A DNA stretch of 64,000 nucleotides from contig NIVC01000486.1 of the NCBI GenBank assembly GCA_002269645.1, positions 124,001-188,000 on the forward strand. The letters are read 5' to 3'. Positions 33,097-57,626 of this stretch are shown in pieces. The DNA is from Macrostomum lignano. Lineage: Eukaryota. Under the pieces are notes generated by a model. That model saw only the letters and a program-made list of their open reading frames with translations, was not told where the DNA came from and did not search any database. Every line of letters begins with the position of its first letter. Position 1 is the stretch's first letter. The translations under genes were made by a program, and so were the position numbers.

Positions 33097-35677
33097 ATGG
33101 GCAGCAAATCGGCGATTGTCTGCCTTGGCGATGCGTTTTGCAATCTCTGTTCGAAAACTTTCTCTATCAAGCAGCACAGAATTACTGCGATTAATCAACA
33201 TGCTGATGGCAGCAAGCACAAACAACAGGCTAATATCAGCTCCAGGACCAAAGATTCAAGTGGTCATCCAATTAACATAAGAAATTTCTTCCCAATGCAT
33301 CAGCAACAGCAGCAGCAAGTTCAGCAACCAACCAATGCCGCCAATGAACAGCCAGTCAGAACGGAAGACTCTCGCGAAAAAGTTTCTGATGCAGCAATGG
33401 AAGCAAGTCTCCACTTCACAGCTGCGGTATCAAAAAAGGACTTCTCATTTCGAGCCATGGATGAGCTGTCAGAGCTCATGCCAGTCGCTTTCTCTGACAG
33501 TAAGATTGCAGAAAAGTTTACATGTGCTCGAACTAAAACTGCGTATCTGATTAACGAGTCTCTAGCGCTACACGCCAAAAAAGACATGGCGCACACATTG
33601 AGAGACTCATTCTTCTCAATTCTGCTTGACGAGAGCACTAAGGGCAATTGTTCATGGTTGGTGGTTGTGGCGCAAGTCTTCCACCAGCAGCGCAGAAAGG
33701 TGCAGTTGCTATTTTTAGGTGCCGAGGAGCTTGTCGCCGGTACCGCTGAAAATATGAAAAACATTGTAGATGAGCTCCTTCGTAAGGCCAACCTGCCTCT
33801 TGAGCGCGTAATTTCTGTAATGACTGATTCCTGCAATGCCATGAGAGGTAAGATCTAAAGCAACTAACCAATCACTTTTATTTGCCGTTTTCGGTGTTCT
33901 TTTATTTATAAATAGTCATATTTTAAACAAAAAACACTATGTATTTTTAGGGAGCAACAATGGACTCGTCACTCGACTAAAACGTGCAATGCCCCATCTT
34001 GCCGACGTTGGTGGATGCAGTTTGCATCACGTGCATAACAGTGTACAATACGCTGTTCGAGCTTTTGATGTGGGTGGCGAAGTGGAAGGCCTGATGGACG
34101 ATTTGTACAATTTTTTCTGATTTGAAGGCTGTCTTCACAATTTTAGAGAGTTGCAGCAAAGTATGGAGGATGCCGAACATGTTTTCCTGCGACGCGTTGA
34201 AACACGATGGATTCAAATCCTCCAAGTAGTGAGACGCCTTCTGGAGCAGTGGAAGGTACTAATTGAGTATTTTGGCAAGGCTACGCCTGACTTCTTGCAA
34301 AACGTAAGAGCATGGTGAATCAAGCAGGCCCTGAACAACAATGTGCTTGCTCACCATACATGCGCAACCTTGGGAATCACCCGGCTGTTTCTATTAGCAA
34401 CACACACATGTAAGTCGCTATTGGCTGAGAGCAGTCACGTGACTACTATTCTGTCCAATAGCGACTTACATGTGTGTGTTGCCAATAGAAACGGCCGGGT
34501 GAATCCCAAGGTTGCGCCCAAGCATGTTGCTCGCCTACAATTCCTAGAGCAAGTCTTGCCGCATTGCGACAAGTTTGAGAAGATGTTTCAGCTTGAGTCG
34601 ACCCAAGTCCATCATCTTGCTGCAAGTCTTGATGAACTTCTCAGCGATATTTTGCTGAGCTTTCTTTGCGGCGAGGTGGTGCAGGACTGCTTAACTATTG
34701 GCAAGATTGCCGAAAAGGCCAAGGACTGGGCAAATCAAGTTGCGAATAAAGAGTTGGTAATCGGAAATAATACACGCAAGACACTGACTACGTTAACCGA
34801 AATGAACAAGCTAAGCTTTTTTGTGGCTGCTCGAAAGTTTTACGTCAAGTTGACCAGTCGTCTTGTTTCCTATTTGCCACTGCACAACAAACTGCTTTGT
34901 GCTCTGCAGTTTGTCGATCCTAAGTATTTGCTGTCAGTGTCTGAGGAATTTAACATCGACACAAGCGTTTTGCGCATTGCTAGGGCCCTCACGACAGTGG
35001 TTCCTACTGAACGACTTGACGATCTTCGTTTGGAGGTAGCAAAGCTTCGCGCCTGCTGCCCTGATGACTTTAATGTATCTGCAGACATGACACCCGAAGA
35101 ATTCTTGGCCACTTTGTCCACCGACATCTTTCCACATCTAACGGCGCTTGGTTGCGCTGCTTGCTACATCCCTCACGGAAATGCAGACAGCGAGCGCGTC
35201 ATCAAGTGGATTGGCACGCTTCTTACGAAGCAAAGGAATAAACTGTCTGATTTTACACTCGACTCGCTTCTGGCTATCAAAGTGTGGCTTAAGGCCAACA
35301 GCTGGCGATCATCAACAGTTGCGATTGGGCCAGCCCTCGTAGCTGACGGCTTCGAAGCTAAAGCAAAGGCCAATGCACAAGCTCGTGCAAAAAGAAACGA
35401 AGCAGCAATGGCACAAATCCAAGAGCAGTTCGATTCTATGCGGCATGCCCAGGCTGAACGTGAAAAGGCTGACAAGGAGGAGCGAGAGCGGCAAAGGAAT
35501 GCGGAACAGGTGCAGGCTGAGCAGCGCGAAATTGATGAGGCGCATAGAAAAGCCCGGGAAATCCTTCTGGAAGCAGAAAAGTCCGAGGCTCAGCTTCGCA
35601 AGTGGATGAGTTCCAGCAGCAACAGCAAGACCGGCGGCAGTGGCTTAAATGCACCCACTCCCAAAAAGCGCAAGTAG
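33097..35677 (+). pseudogene. hAT transposase (exons 33097-33847 and 33951-35677) with two premature TGA stops and a MITE insertion
   Basis: Zn finger FCNLC...H..GSKH, LLDEST, MTDSCNAMRG, CSLH, ETRW, dimerisation motif PHGNADSER, terminal PKKRK. Confidence 0.88.
34355..34526. mobile_element. 172-bp hairpin MITE inside the hAT transposase
   Basis: CATAC...GCATG ends, long internal inverted repeats, TSD TTGCTCAC/TTGCTCGC. Confidence 0.85.
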
Positions 35678-38103
35678 AAAAATAGAGTCGAGAATCAATT
35701 TACTACTTCCCATTGCAGTGACCATTGCAATATTTTTACTTCATCGCCAGGAGTGTTTTACATGTACATTTTTCTTTGCTAAAGCGGCCTGTCTGCTTCT
35801 GTCTCATTAAATCGAAATAGGCCCTATTTGAAGTTTTAAACTCCAAACTATCTATGAATAACTCAACATCCTTATGGTTGTATAAATTCAAACTTTTTAC
35901 TTAATTTTACGATGTCCAAATGGTGTTCATTGTTTGATTTTGCCTGCGCTATTTTTTTCGTGCTGCACTAATTATTTCTTATAATTTTTGGTGGTCACAC
36001 TGGCCCCCACCTTGCACAACCACAAGGAGTAGTATAAACCTCCTAAGAGGAAGAGGCTGCATCACACTTTTGCAGTATAAGCCAAGCATTAGCTCTTTAT
36101 GTCAGTGCCACAAATTGCATATAAGGAGCTGTTGGCTGTCATCAACACCTTCTGGCATGGACCACAGATGCCCAATCCACAGCTTTTGGCACATTTTGCC
36201 AATCATAAATGTGCTGCAGATAGGCCATAAGATCCAGTTGATATCAACTTTGACTTTCATCAATACCTGATAATCTAATTGTGTATAACATCAGAAAGCC
36301 TGGTCAATGACATCTACTGATGGTGACATTTGCAATGTTGCACTGCCTCCAGTACACAACTAACTGGTACCTTGATAGTACATTTAGCATCATACCAGTG
36401 CAATTTCTGTAGCTTTACTCACTACACATATTTGTCATCAGTGCTAAGGGGCACTTAAAGCAGGAACCATTGCTAATGGTATTAATATCTGGCAAAGGCT
36501 AAAATGACTACCACTTAGTCTTCTCCATCATGTGTGACATTCTCCATGGCTGGCTATCTAAGTGCATGATCAACTACAAGGCTACAGTGTGGTGAGCAGT
36601 ACAGACCAAATTCCAAATGTCAATTTGGCATGGTTGTGCTTTCCACTACACTCAAGCTATATACTAGCACATCATCACCACTAGACTAGCACAGGCCTAC
36701 TCAAATGACAAAGGCATGCAGATGCTCTACCAACAGCTCATGGCTTTACTTTTTCTGCCTGGTAACAGAATTGCAAATGCCTTCTACTCACTGTGGAGCA
36801 CAGTCATGGATCAGAAGTTGAACAAACTCTGTGACTACATTCAGGTCACTTGGATCTGTGGCTCAAGCTGGCAAGTGCAAGAGATTTCAGTCTACCAGTT
36901 AGCCATTAAGACATTCAATAACACAGGAGGCTGGCATAACAAGCTTCAATAGTGCACAAAGAATCTCTGCAGGTCAAGATTGATGCAAGGAAGGTCAGTC
37001 AAGTTTTCATTCCTTCTAGATAGTTCTAGAAACATTCTAGAATGTTTATTCATTCAAGCCAGGAGTGTGTGCAACACAAAAGGCCTTCTTCCAAATTTGG
37101 GCAAAGTACAAGGCTGGCACTAGGCCTATTGAGTCATTCTTGCTTGCCTACAGCCACCTGAATGCACATGTAGCACAGTAAACTATAAGTTTATTTATTT
37201 TATTTTTATTTTATTTTATTTGTAGTTTTATTTGTTAATGTATATTTTTAGAGAGAGGGATATAGAGGACAAGAGCAATAAAATTAGCACTTGTACTATA
37301 TATTTTTTTGCAATTTGTTATACAATTGTGCTCTGATTTGTTGCAATTTTTGTACATTGTGCTCCTTGATTTTTTGGCTTTGTTTTACCATGTTTATTGT
37401 TTGACTGTATTTTGTTACGTGACTTTGTTATATCTGTGCTGCTTTGTTGCAATTTTGGTTTGCTTTTCACAATTGCTTCCTACCCCAGTCAATATAATAA
37501 AGGAAATTAAATTATATTTGCAAACTAAAGCTATACAACCTACTGTGTTGCTGTTGTGGGTTTTGGTCTATTGCCAAAAAGGTTGTCACCATAGTGACCT
37601 ATCTAGTTTGTCATCAAAATTGACTTGATTCAATTATGATATGATAGTATGATATGAATTGAGATAAAACTTACACCACAACAAATGAAAGGTAGCTAAA
37701 ACTTTTTATATTTAATAATGGCCTAGGCCAAATTAGTTTTTCTAGCAAGTTGGATAAAAATTTTATCTAGTCCAGATCTTTGTTTTAGTTAAAATATTAT
37801 ATTATACATTACATTATAATCTATATTAGGTTTTAAACAAGAAAATATCTCAATATGCTAGCATAGCATTCTTGGTACCTATATTGTTGTCTATTGATTA
37901 ATAATATTCTATATTCTGTATAGTCTAGAATATGTAATAATCCACCTTCAACATATACTATAAGTGTAATAATTAACAATAATAATTAATTACATTTCTT
38001 TTAATAGACAGGCATGCAACTGGCTACAATAATAGCTGTAGCTATTGTGTGGCATATTTGAAAGCTGCATATAGCTATTTAGTCTAAGGGCTATAGATAG
38101 CTG

Positions 38104-38265
38104 CATACATGTGCAACCTTTGGAATTACCTGGCCATTTCTATTGGCAACACACACATGTAAGTCGCTATTGGCTGAGAGCAGGTTATTCCATCCAATGG
38201 CGACTTACATGTGTGCATTGCCAATAGAAACGGCTGGGTGAATCCCTAGGTTACACCCAAGCATG
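38104..38265. mobile_element. Second, more diverged copy of the hairpin MITE
   Basis: Same ends and body; perfect 8-bp TSD GATAGCTG. Confidence 0.85.
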
Positions 38266-38299
38266 GATAGCTGTCACATACCCTAAATTATCCTAGCTA

Positions 38300-38455
38300 A
38301 TGCTGGTACCCATTTTATAGCTTGTTGGATTAAAGCAATGCAGTGTAAAGTGTCTTGATCAAGGATACAAATTGTTCTCAGTGGGTTGAGAATCAAACCC
38401 CCAACCTTTCAAGCTATGAGTCCCCAGTCCAATGCTCTAACCACTAAGCTATTAT
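38300..38455 (-). mobile_element. CpG-decayed copy of the tRNA/CORE-like SINE
   Basis: Reverse complement tagcttagtggttagagcattggac...ggtttgattctcaaccc...tccttgatcaagacact. Confidence 0.72.
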
Positions 38456-38731
38456 CCCCATTGTACTATACTATAATACCATCTTATTCTGTTTAAGTTA
38501 TTAATAGAATATTTGTGGTTTGGATAATATTGGGACAATAGTACAGTTTAGCACTAGAACATTTGCCAGTAAGACATACTTAAAGTGCTTTTGTACTTTG
38601 TTTTAAAGTAAATATGTTAGATGAACCATGCATCTGCTCTTTGCATAACGTTGACATTAATACTTAAACTTTATGCAAACACTCCAAATTCGTAAGTCAA
38701 AAATTTCTTAAAATAATTAGTTTTAAGCAAC

Positions 38732-50828
<12,097 letters not shown>

Positions 50829-51067
50829 ACATATCGGCCTGGTTCAACTCTCCCAGCTGGCACTGTTATAACTGCCCTCCGTTGGTAATCAAGCTATCAA
50901 GCCTGAATTTTTTGTTGCTGCTATTTTTATTGCTTTTCTGTGCACCACAATTTATCGGAAAAAAATTATGAGATTTTTTGCAGCACTTTTATTCAGTTTC
51001 CAAGATTTTATGAATTCATTTAATAAAGAGATCATCAGTTTGGAGTGATTTAGTATCCAATTATAGA

Positions 51068-51590
51068 TCCTCACCTGTGATCCTCCAGTGCAGCAGTTTC
51101 CCATTATCCTCACCTGTGATCCCCCAGTGCAGCAGTTTCCCATTATCCTCACCTGTGATCCCCCAGTGAAGCAGTTTCCCATTATCCTCACCTGTGATCC
51201 CCCCAGTGCAGCAGTTTCCCATTATCCCCACCTGTGATCCCCCCAGTGCAGCAGTTTCCCATTATCCCCACCTGTGATCCCCCAGTGAAGCAGTTTCCCA
51301 TTATCCTCACCTGTGATCCCCCCAGTGCAGCAGTTTCCCATTATCCCCACCTGTGATTCCCCCAGTGCAGCAGTTTCCCATTATCCCCACCTGTGATCCC
51401 CTCAGTGCAGCAGTTTCCCATTATCCCCACCTGTGATCCCCTCAGTGCAGCAGTTTCCCATTATCCCCACCTGTGATCCCCTCAGTGCAGCAGTTTCCCA
51501 TTATCCCCACCTGTGATCCCCCAGTGCAGCAGTTTCCCATTATCCCCACCTGTGATCCCCCAGTGCAGCAGTTTCCCATTATCCCACCTG
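51068..51590. repeat. 39-40-bp minisatellite 3' of the aPKC stop
   Basis: cctgtgatcccccagtgcagcagtttcccattatcccca units. Confidence 0.92.
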
Positions 51591-52474
51591 TATCCAATCT
51601 CAAGCAGAGCCTTAGTAGTATCCAGTGACCAGAGGCCAAAGGTCTTGCAATGCTATCTGTATTGCCAGCAGTGCTAGAATTCATTCCTAATTAAATTATT
51701 TACTGCTCTTGTTTGCTTTACTACGAGCCTTCAATCAATCAATCGGCTACTCAAATTATTGCGTTGATTCTAGTGAAGTTGCACATAATGTTGTTACCTC
51801 CATTTCCCCTATACACCTGTACATCGGAGCTAATGTTGTAATGCACCGCTTGTAACTATTTAGACTCGAACAAGAGTTTTTAATTGTCTTCCATCTGTCG
51901 TACGGACTTTGTTATCTATACGGGGGGGGGGTCTCTCCCTGTCTCTCGCTTTTTCGCAATCTCTGCCGCTTATACACCCTAGCTTTGTCAATCTTATCGC
52001 TGTCTAATATTAATTACGATAATTTGTAATTCTCTTGCCTCATTCACTGCCCATCAGCATGCTAAACTCGCACTCAATGTACGGCTGTGCTAAACGGGTT
52101 GCTAAATTTATAGTATGAGCTCGTAAGCTTGTTACCTTTGTGGTTCCGCGCGGCACTTTTGTTGCTACTAACATATTTTCTTAGTTTTTGATTAATTATA
52201 AATATATCTAATATATGCATAGTTATATATCTTGTTGGTCTGTAAGCCAGATTTCTATAACAAATCATTCCGTATCGATCCGCTTACAGTAACTCTGTTT
52301 GTATTGTCTTTTATTGTTCACTGATTTGATTGGCATTGGTGTGTTCTAGCTCTAGCTGTGTGGTCTTACAACAACATTCGAAGATCATTTATTAAAATTT
52401 TGCTTTACGTTCAGCACCCAAACCACTTTACAATTAAGTAGCCACCCTTCTCAAGGCCTCAGTCGCTGAGTCAC

Positions 52475-52970
52475 CTTGCCAGATCCTCAGTTGCTGAGCC
52501 AGCCTCCCAGATCCTCAGTTGCTGGGCCAGCCTCCCAGATCCTCAGTTGCTGGGCCAGCCTCCCAGGTCCTCAGGTGCTGGGCCAGCCTCCCAGATCCTC
52601 AGTTGCTGGGCCAGCCTCCCAGATCCTCAGTTGCTGGGCCAGCCTCCCAGATCCTCAGTTGCTGGGCCAGCCTCCCAGATCCTCAGTTGCTGGGCCAGCC
52701 TCCCAGATCCTCAGTTGCTGGGCCAGCCTCCCAGATCCTCAGTTGCTGTGCCAGCCTTCCAGATCCTCAGTTGCTGGGCCAGCCTCCCAGATCCTCAGTT
52801 GCTGGGCCAGCCTCCCAGATCCTCAGTTGCTGGGCCAGCCTCCCAGATCCTCAGTTGCTGGGCCAGCCTCCCAGATCCTCAGTTGCTGGGCCAGCCTCCC
52901 AGATCCTCAGTTGCTGGGCCAGCCTCCCAGATCCTCAGTTGCTGGGCCAGCCTCCCAGATCCTCAATTGC
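52475..52970 (+). repeat. 28-bp dispersed minisatellite, array 3
   Basis: Same unit as 15745 and 43365. Confidence 0.95.
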
Positions 52971-53026
52971 GTGGCTACGCTCCCACCCTTCCGAACCTAC
53001 TGGACTTACAAAGACCGTTTAGAATA

Positions 53027-53352
53027 AAGGGAGTGTCAATTTAAGCGCTAGAATGGAGCCCAAAGCAAGGCTCGAGACCAAACCGACTGGAATCGATAAC
53101 TGGTCGAACCAGGTGACTAGAATCGCCGAGACATCCCATCCGGGTCCCTTCCTTGGGGTCCCAGGGGATAAAATGGGGATCTCATGTTAACTTAAGGCTC
53201 CAGAATGGAGCCCAAGGCAAGGCTCCAGACCAAGGAAGGGACCCGGATGGAATGTCTCGGCGATTCTAGTCACCTGGTTCGACTAGTTATCGATTCCAGT
53301 CGGTTTCGCCTTGCTTTGGGCTCCATTCTAGCGCTTAAGTTGACACCCCCTT
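53027..53352. mobile_element. Foldback MITE with TA flanks
   Basis: aaggg[ag]gtgtcaa[tc]ttaagcgctagaatggagcccaaagcaaggc inverted at both ends; internal arms are also inverted. Confidence 0.8.
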
Positions 53353-53769
53353 TACGAGTACAAAGGCTCGGCATTAAACTTATTGGAATACGTGTCGTTA
53401 GTCGGTTGATATTCTATCAATCTTTTTTATGATGCTTTGTTTTTTATTTATTGCAGACGTTGCTAAAAGCACGCTGTGCCGTGCGTTTAATACAATGAAA
53501 CAATTGAATTGGCATTAAAAACAATCAATCAATGAAGGTAGTGACAATCAATACAAAAATGATTAAGGCATTTTTACATTTGTAGGAGATTTTGGGAAAA
53601 AATTAAATGAAAATTCATAAAGATATGGCGCCATAGTTCTCTTTTAGAGGTAGACAGACTGGCACTCAGACATTAGATTGAGCAGTGCATCGTGGCAGTC
53701 AACTGTCGATCTGCAGCCAGCAGTCATGTCTATTTTGCTGACACCTGAGCTCGTTGCATCTGGCCGCAC

Positions 53770-53985
53770 TGATCACACAGGGTGTACACTGATCACACAG
53801 GTTGTACACTGATCACACAGGGTGTACACTGATCACACAGGTTGTACACTGATCACACAGGTTGTACACTGATCACACAGGGTGTACACTGATCACACAG
53901 GGTGTACACTGATCACACAGGGTGTACACTGGTCGCAAGGTGTACACTGATCACACAGGGTGTACACTGATCACACATGGTGTAC
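53770..53985. repeat. 20-bp minisatellite
   Basis: gtacactgatcacacagg[gt]t, about 11 copies. Confidence 0.9.
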
Positions 53986-54419
53986 AGGGACCCTGACTTC
54001 CACAAGACTTTATCCCAGGCCTTGGCGTTCAAACCAGCTAGCAAATTGTCAAAGAACCAAGCAGCGCCAGAAAAGGTTTTCAAATTACAGAGCGACGCAA
54101 ACAAAAAACGAACAAAACAAGTCTGATCCAAGTCGAGAACCTGAGCTTACGGATGGAGCAGTCTTGAATGTGCATGCAGACCGTGTTACAGGTGCCACAC
54201 AATCAAGTAGAGAGGTTCAAGCACAAGCGGACACCCAGCCCTAGAGACCTATGGTTTATCCTATAATAGTAATATTAATGATACACTTATAAATACCACT
54301 TTAGAAGAAGCAAAAGACATCATATACCCAACGAGAAAACTTTACAACTTGCTGCTGTGGACCAGGCTGTACATGTACTGCTGCCTTCATACTGGCTATA
54401 TTTACTCCATTTCCCTCGT

Positions 54420-54620
54420 GATAGATTAGCAATCCACTCCATTACCTTTCATGTGATAGATTAGCAACTATATCCCTGTGGGATATCCCACGGGATCCCT
54501 GAGGGACAGATTAGCAATCCATCCAATTTCCCCAGTGGGATAGATTAGCAATCCATTCAATTTCCCCTATGGGATAGATTAGCAATCCATTCAATTTCCC
54601 CTGTGGGATAAATTAGCAAC
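54420..54620. repeat. Degenerate ~37-40-bp tandem repeat 3' of the Ski-family gene
   Basis: gatagattagcaatcca recurs. Confidence 0.7.
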
Positions 54621-54703
54621 CCACTCAATTTCTTTTTAATTTCCCAAACTTCTTCCTTGAGCATCAAACATAGTCATCGCAGCTCAGGATCAGAGTCGTG
54701 TCA

Positions 54704-57595
54704 TCAAGCCGAGCTCTCTGCAATACCAATTTCCTGCTCTTCGAAGCTTCTGTCGCTCATGTCTACTTTGCTGCTTTTGTTCTCTTCCAGTTCTGCAGAA
54801 GAGATTTCGTTGCTGTCATAGCTGATGTCGTCCATGACCACAACTTGATCCTCTGGAGACTCCTCGATTTCCAGTTGCTCTGGTGGGGGCCCTGTTATGA
54901 AAGCATTGTAATCAATTATAATGTTTCAGAGCTTACCATCACCTATCTGTGTCGCCACCCAATCAGCTCCCATTGTCGCCACCCAATCAGCTCCCATTGT
55001 CCCCACCCAATCAGCTCCCATTGTCCCCACCCAATCAGCTCCCATTGTCCCACCCAATCAGCTCCCATTGTCCCCACCCAATCAGCTCCCATTGTCCCAC
55101 CCAATCAGCTTCCATTGTCCCACCCAATCAACTCCCATTGTCCCACCCAATCAACTCCCATTGTCCCACCCAATCAACTCCCATTGTCCCACCCAATCAG
55201 CTTCCATTGTCCCACCCAATCAGCTCCCATTGTCCCACCCAATCAGCTCCCATTGCCCCACCCAATCAGCTCCCATTTTCCCACCCAATCAGCTCCCATT
55301 GTCCCACCCAATCAGCTCCCATTTTCCCACCCAATCAGCTCCCATTGCCCCACCTGCATCCCATCCACTCCACCCCATCAACCTACCTGACGATGACGGA
55401 ACCATCTGCCTCGGAAGCTGCTGGCGGTTCCACAGCTGGCGCAGTTGCTGCAGTACCCCCAGCTGCTGGCGAATGTTCTCAACAAAACGGCGAAGGCCTC
55501 CGATGCGGGCAGCATAGCCGGCCTTCACCCGATCCACCATGGCCAGGAACGTCGGCGTGGCTTTCTCCGGCAGGTGACCCTCCGCCCAGTCTGCCAGCGC
55601 CTCCCAGTCCGAGCGCAGTTCCGCCTCGATTTCCGCCTCGCGACCGTCGCTCACTTGCAGAACTTCGTCGAGTGCGGCCGCCGCGGCAGAGACGGCGGCG
55701 ATGGCTTCGCGCGAAAGTCGCCGGTTTGGCGCGAAATCCGCCGCGCCGGCTGCGTTGGATGTCGACTCCGACGTTGGGCGATGCTCCGACTGCTGCCGGG
55801 GATTGTGGTGATGAGGCTGATGCTGCTGCTGTGTCTCAAGTCGATGCAGGCGACGAACTTCACCGGCAATCTGCTTTCGACGTTGACGACCGCGTCTTCT
55901 ATGCTGTTGTTGTAGCTGCTGCTGCTGTGGTGACCGCTGATTTGGTTCGAAGAGACGATGCCTGCTAAAAAAGCAGTGGTTGAGTGACAATGTGACTGAG
56001 TAACAATGTGACTGAGTGGCAATGTGACTGAGTAACAATGTGACTGAGTGGCAATGTGACTGAGTGACAATGCGACCGAGTGAAAATGTGACTGAGTGAC
56101 AATGCGACCGAGTGACAATGTGACCGAGTGACAATGGGACCGAGTGGCAATGCGACGGAGTGACAATGGGACTGAGTGACAATGGGACTGAGTGACAATG
56201 GGACTGAGTGACAATGGGACTGAGTGACAATGGGACTGAGTGACAATGGGACTGAGTGACAATGGGACTGAGTGACAATGGGACTGAGTGACAATGGGAC
56301 TGAGTGACAATGGGACTGAGTGACAATGGGACTGAGTGACAATGGGACTGAGTGACAATGGGACTGAGTGACAATGGGACTGAGTGACAATGGGACTGAG
56401 TGACAATGGGACTGAGTGACAATGGGACTGAGTGACAATGGGACTGAGTGACAATGGGACTGAGTGACAATGGGACTGAGTGACAATGGGACTGAGTGAC
56501 AATGGGACTGAGTGACAATGGGACTGAGTGACAATGGGACTGAGTGACAATGGGACTGAGTGACAATGGGACTGAGTGACAATGGGACTGAGTGACAATG
56601 GGACTGAGTGACAATGGGACTGAGTGACAATGGGACTGAGTGACAATGGGACTGAGTGACAATGGGACTGAGTGACAATGGGACTGAGTGACAATGGGAC
56701 TGAGTGACAATGGGACTGAGTGACAATGGGACTGAGTGACAATGGGACTGAGTGACAATGGGACTGAGTGACAATGGGACTGAGTGACAATGGGACTGAG
56801 TGACAATGGGACTGAGTGACAATGGGACTGAGTGACAATGGGACTGAGTGACAATGGGACTGAGTGACAATGGGACTGAGTGACAATGGGACTGAGTGAC
56901 AATGGGACTGAGTGACAATGGGACTGAGTGACAATGGGACTGAGTGACAATGGGACTGAGTGACAATGGGACTGAGTGACAATGGGACTGAGTGACAATG
57001 GGACTGAGTGACAATGGGACTGAGTGACAATGGGACTGAGTGACAATGGGACTGAGTGACAATGGGACTGAGTGACAATGGGACTGAGTGACAATGGGAC
57101 TGAGTGACAATGGGACTGAGTGACAATGGGACTGAGTGACAATGGGACTGAGTGACAATGGGACTGAGTGACAATGGGACTGAGTGACAATGGGACTGAG
57201 TGACAATGGGACTGAGTGACAATGGGACTGAGTGACAATGGGACTGAGTGACAATGGGACTGAGTGACAATGGGACTGAGTGACAATGGGACTGAGTGAC
57301 AATGGGACTGAGTGACAATGGGACTGAGTGACAATGGGACTGAGTGACAATGGGACTGAGTGACAATGGGACTGAGTGACAATGGGACTGAGTGACAATG
57401 GGACTGAGTGACAATGGGACTGAGTGACAATGGGACTGAGTGACAATGGGACTGAGTGACAATGGGACTGAGTGACAATGGGACTGAGTGACAATGGGAC
57501 TGAGTGACAATGGGACTGAGTGACAATGTGACGGAGCAAAATTGTTTACCTGAAAATTTTTCGGTAGTAGTCGGCGGGGGACGGCAGGATGCCCG

Positions 57596-57626
<31 letters not shown>

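Larger units (their letters stand above)
32960..36002 (+). mobile_element. Full-length hAT DNA transposon (3043 bp)
   Basis: 14-bp TIR CAGTG[GT]GACCACCA; 8-bp TSD GCCCCCAC (32952-32959 and 36003-36010); subterminal gcgctatttt repeats. Confidence 0.92.
32880..36950 (+). pseudogene. Decayed MULE (Mutator-like) transposase, interrupted by the hAT element
   Basis: WYLDSTFSIIPVQFL*LYSLH, HGCAFHYTQAIY, KLCDYIQVTWI and KTFNNTGGWHNKL at 36340-36950; CKATV...LHNH spans the hAT insertion site. Confidence 0.65.
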
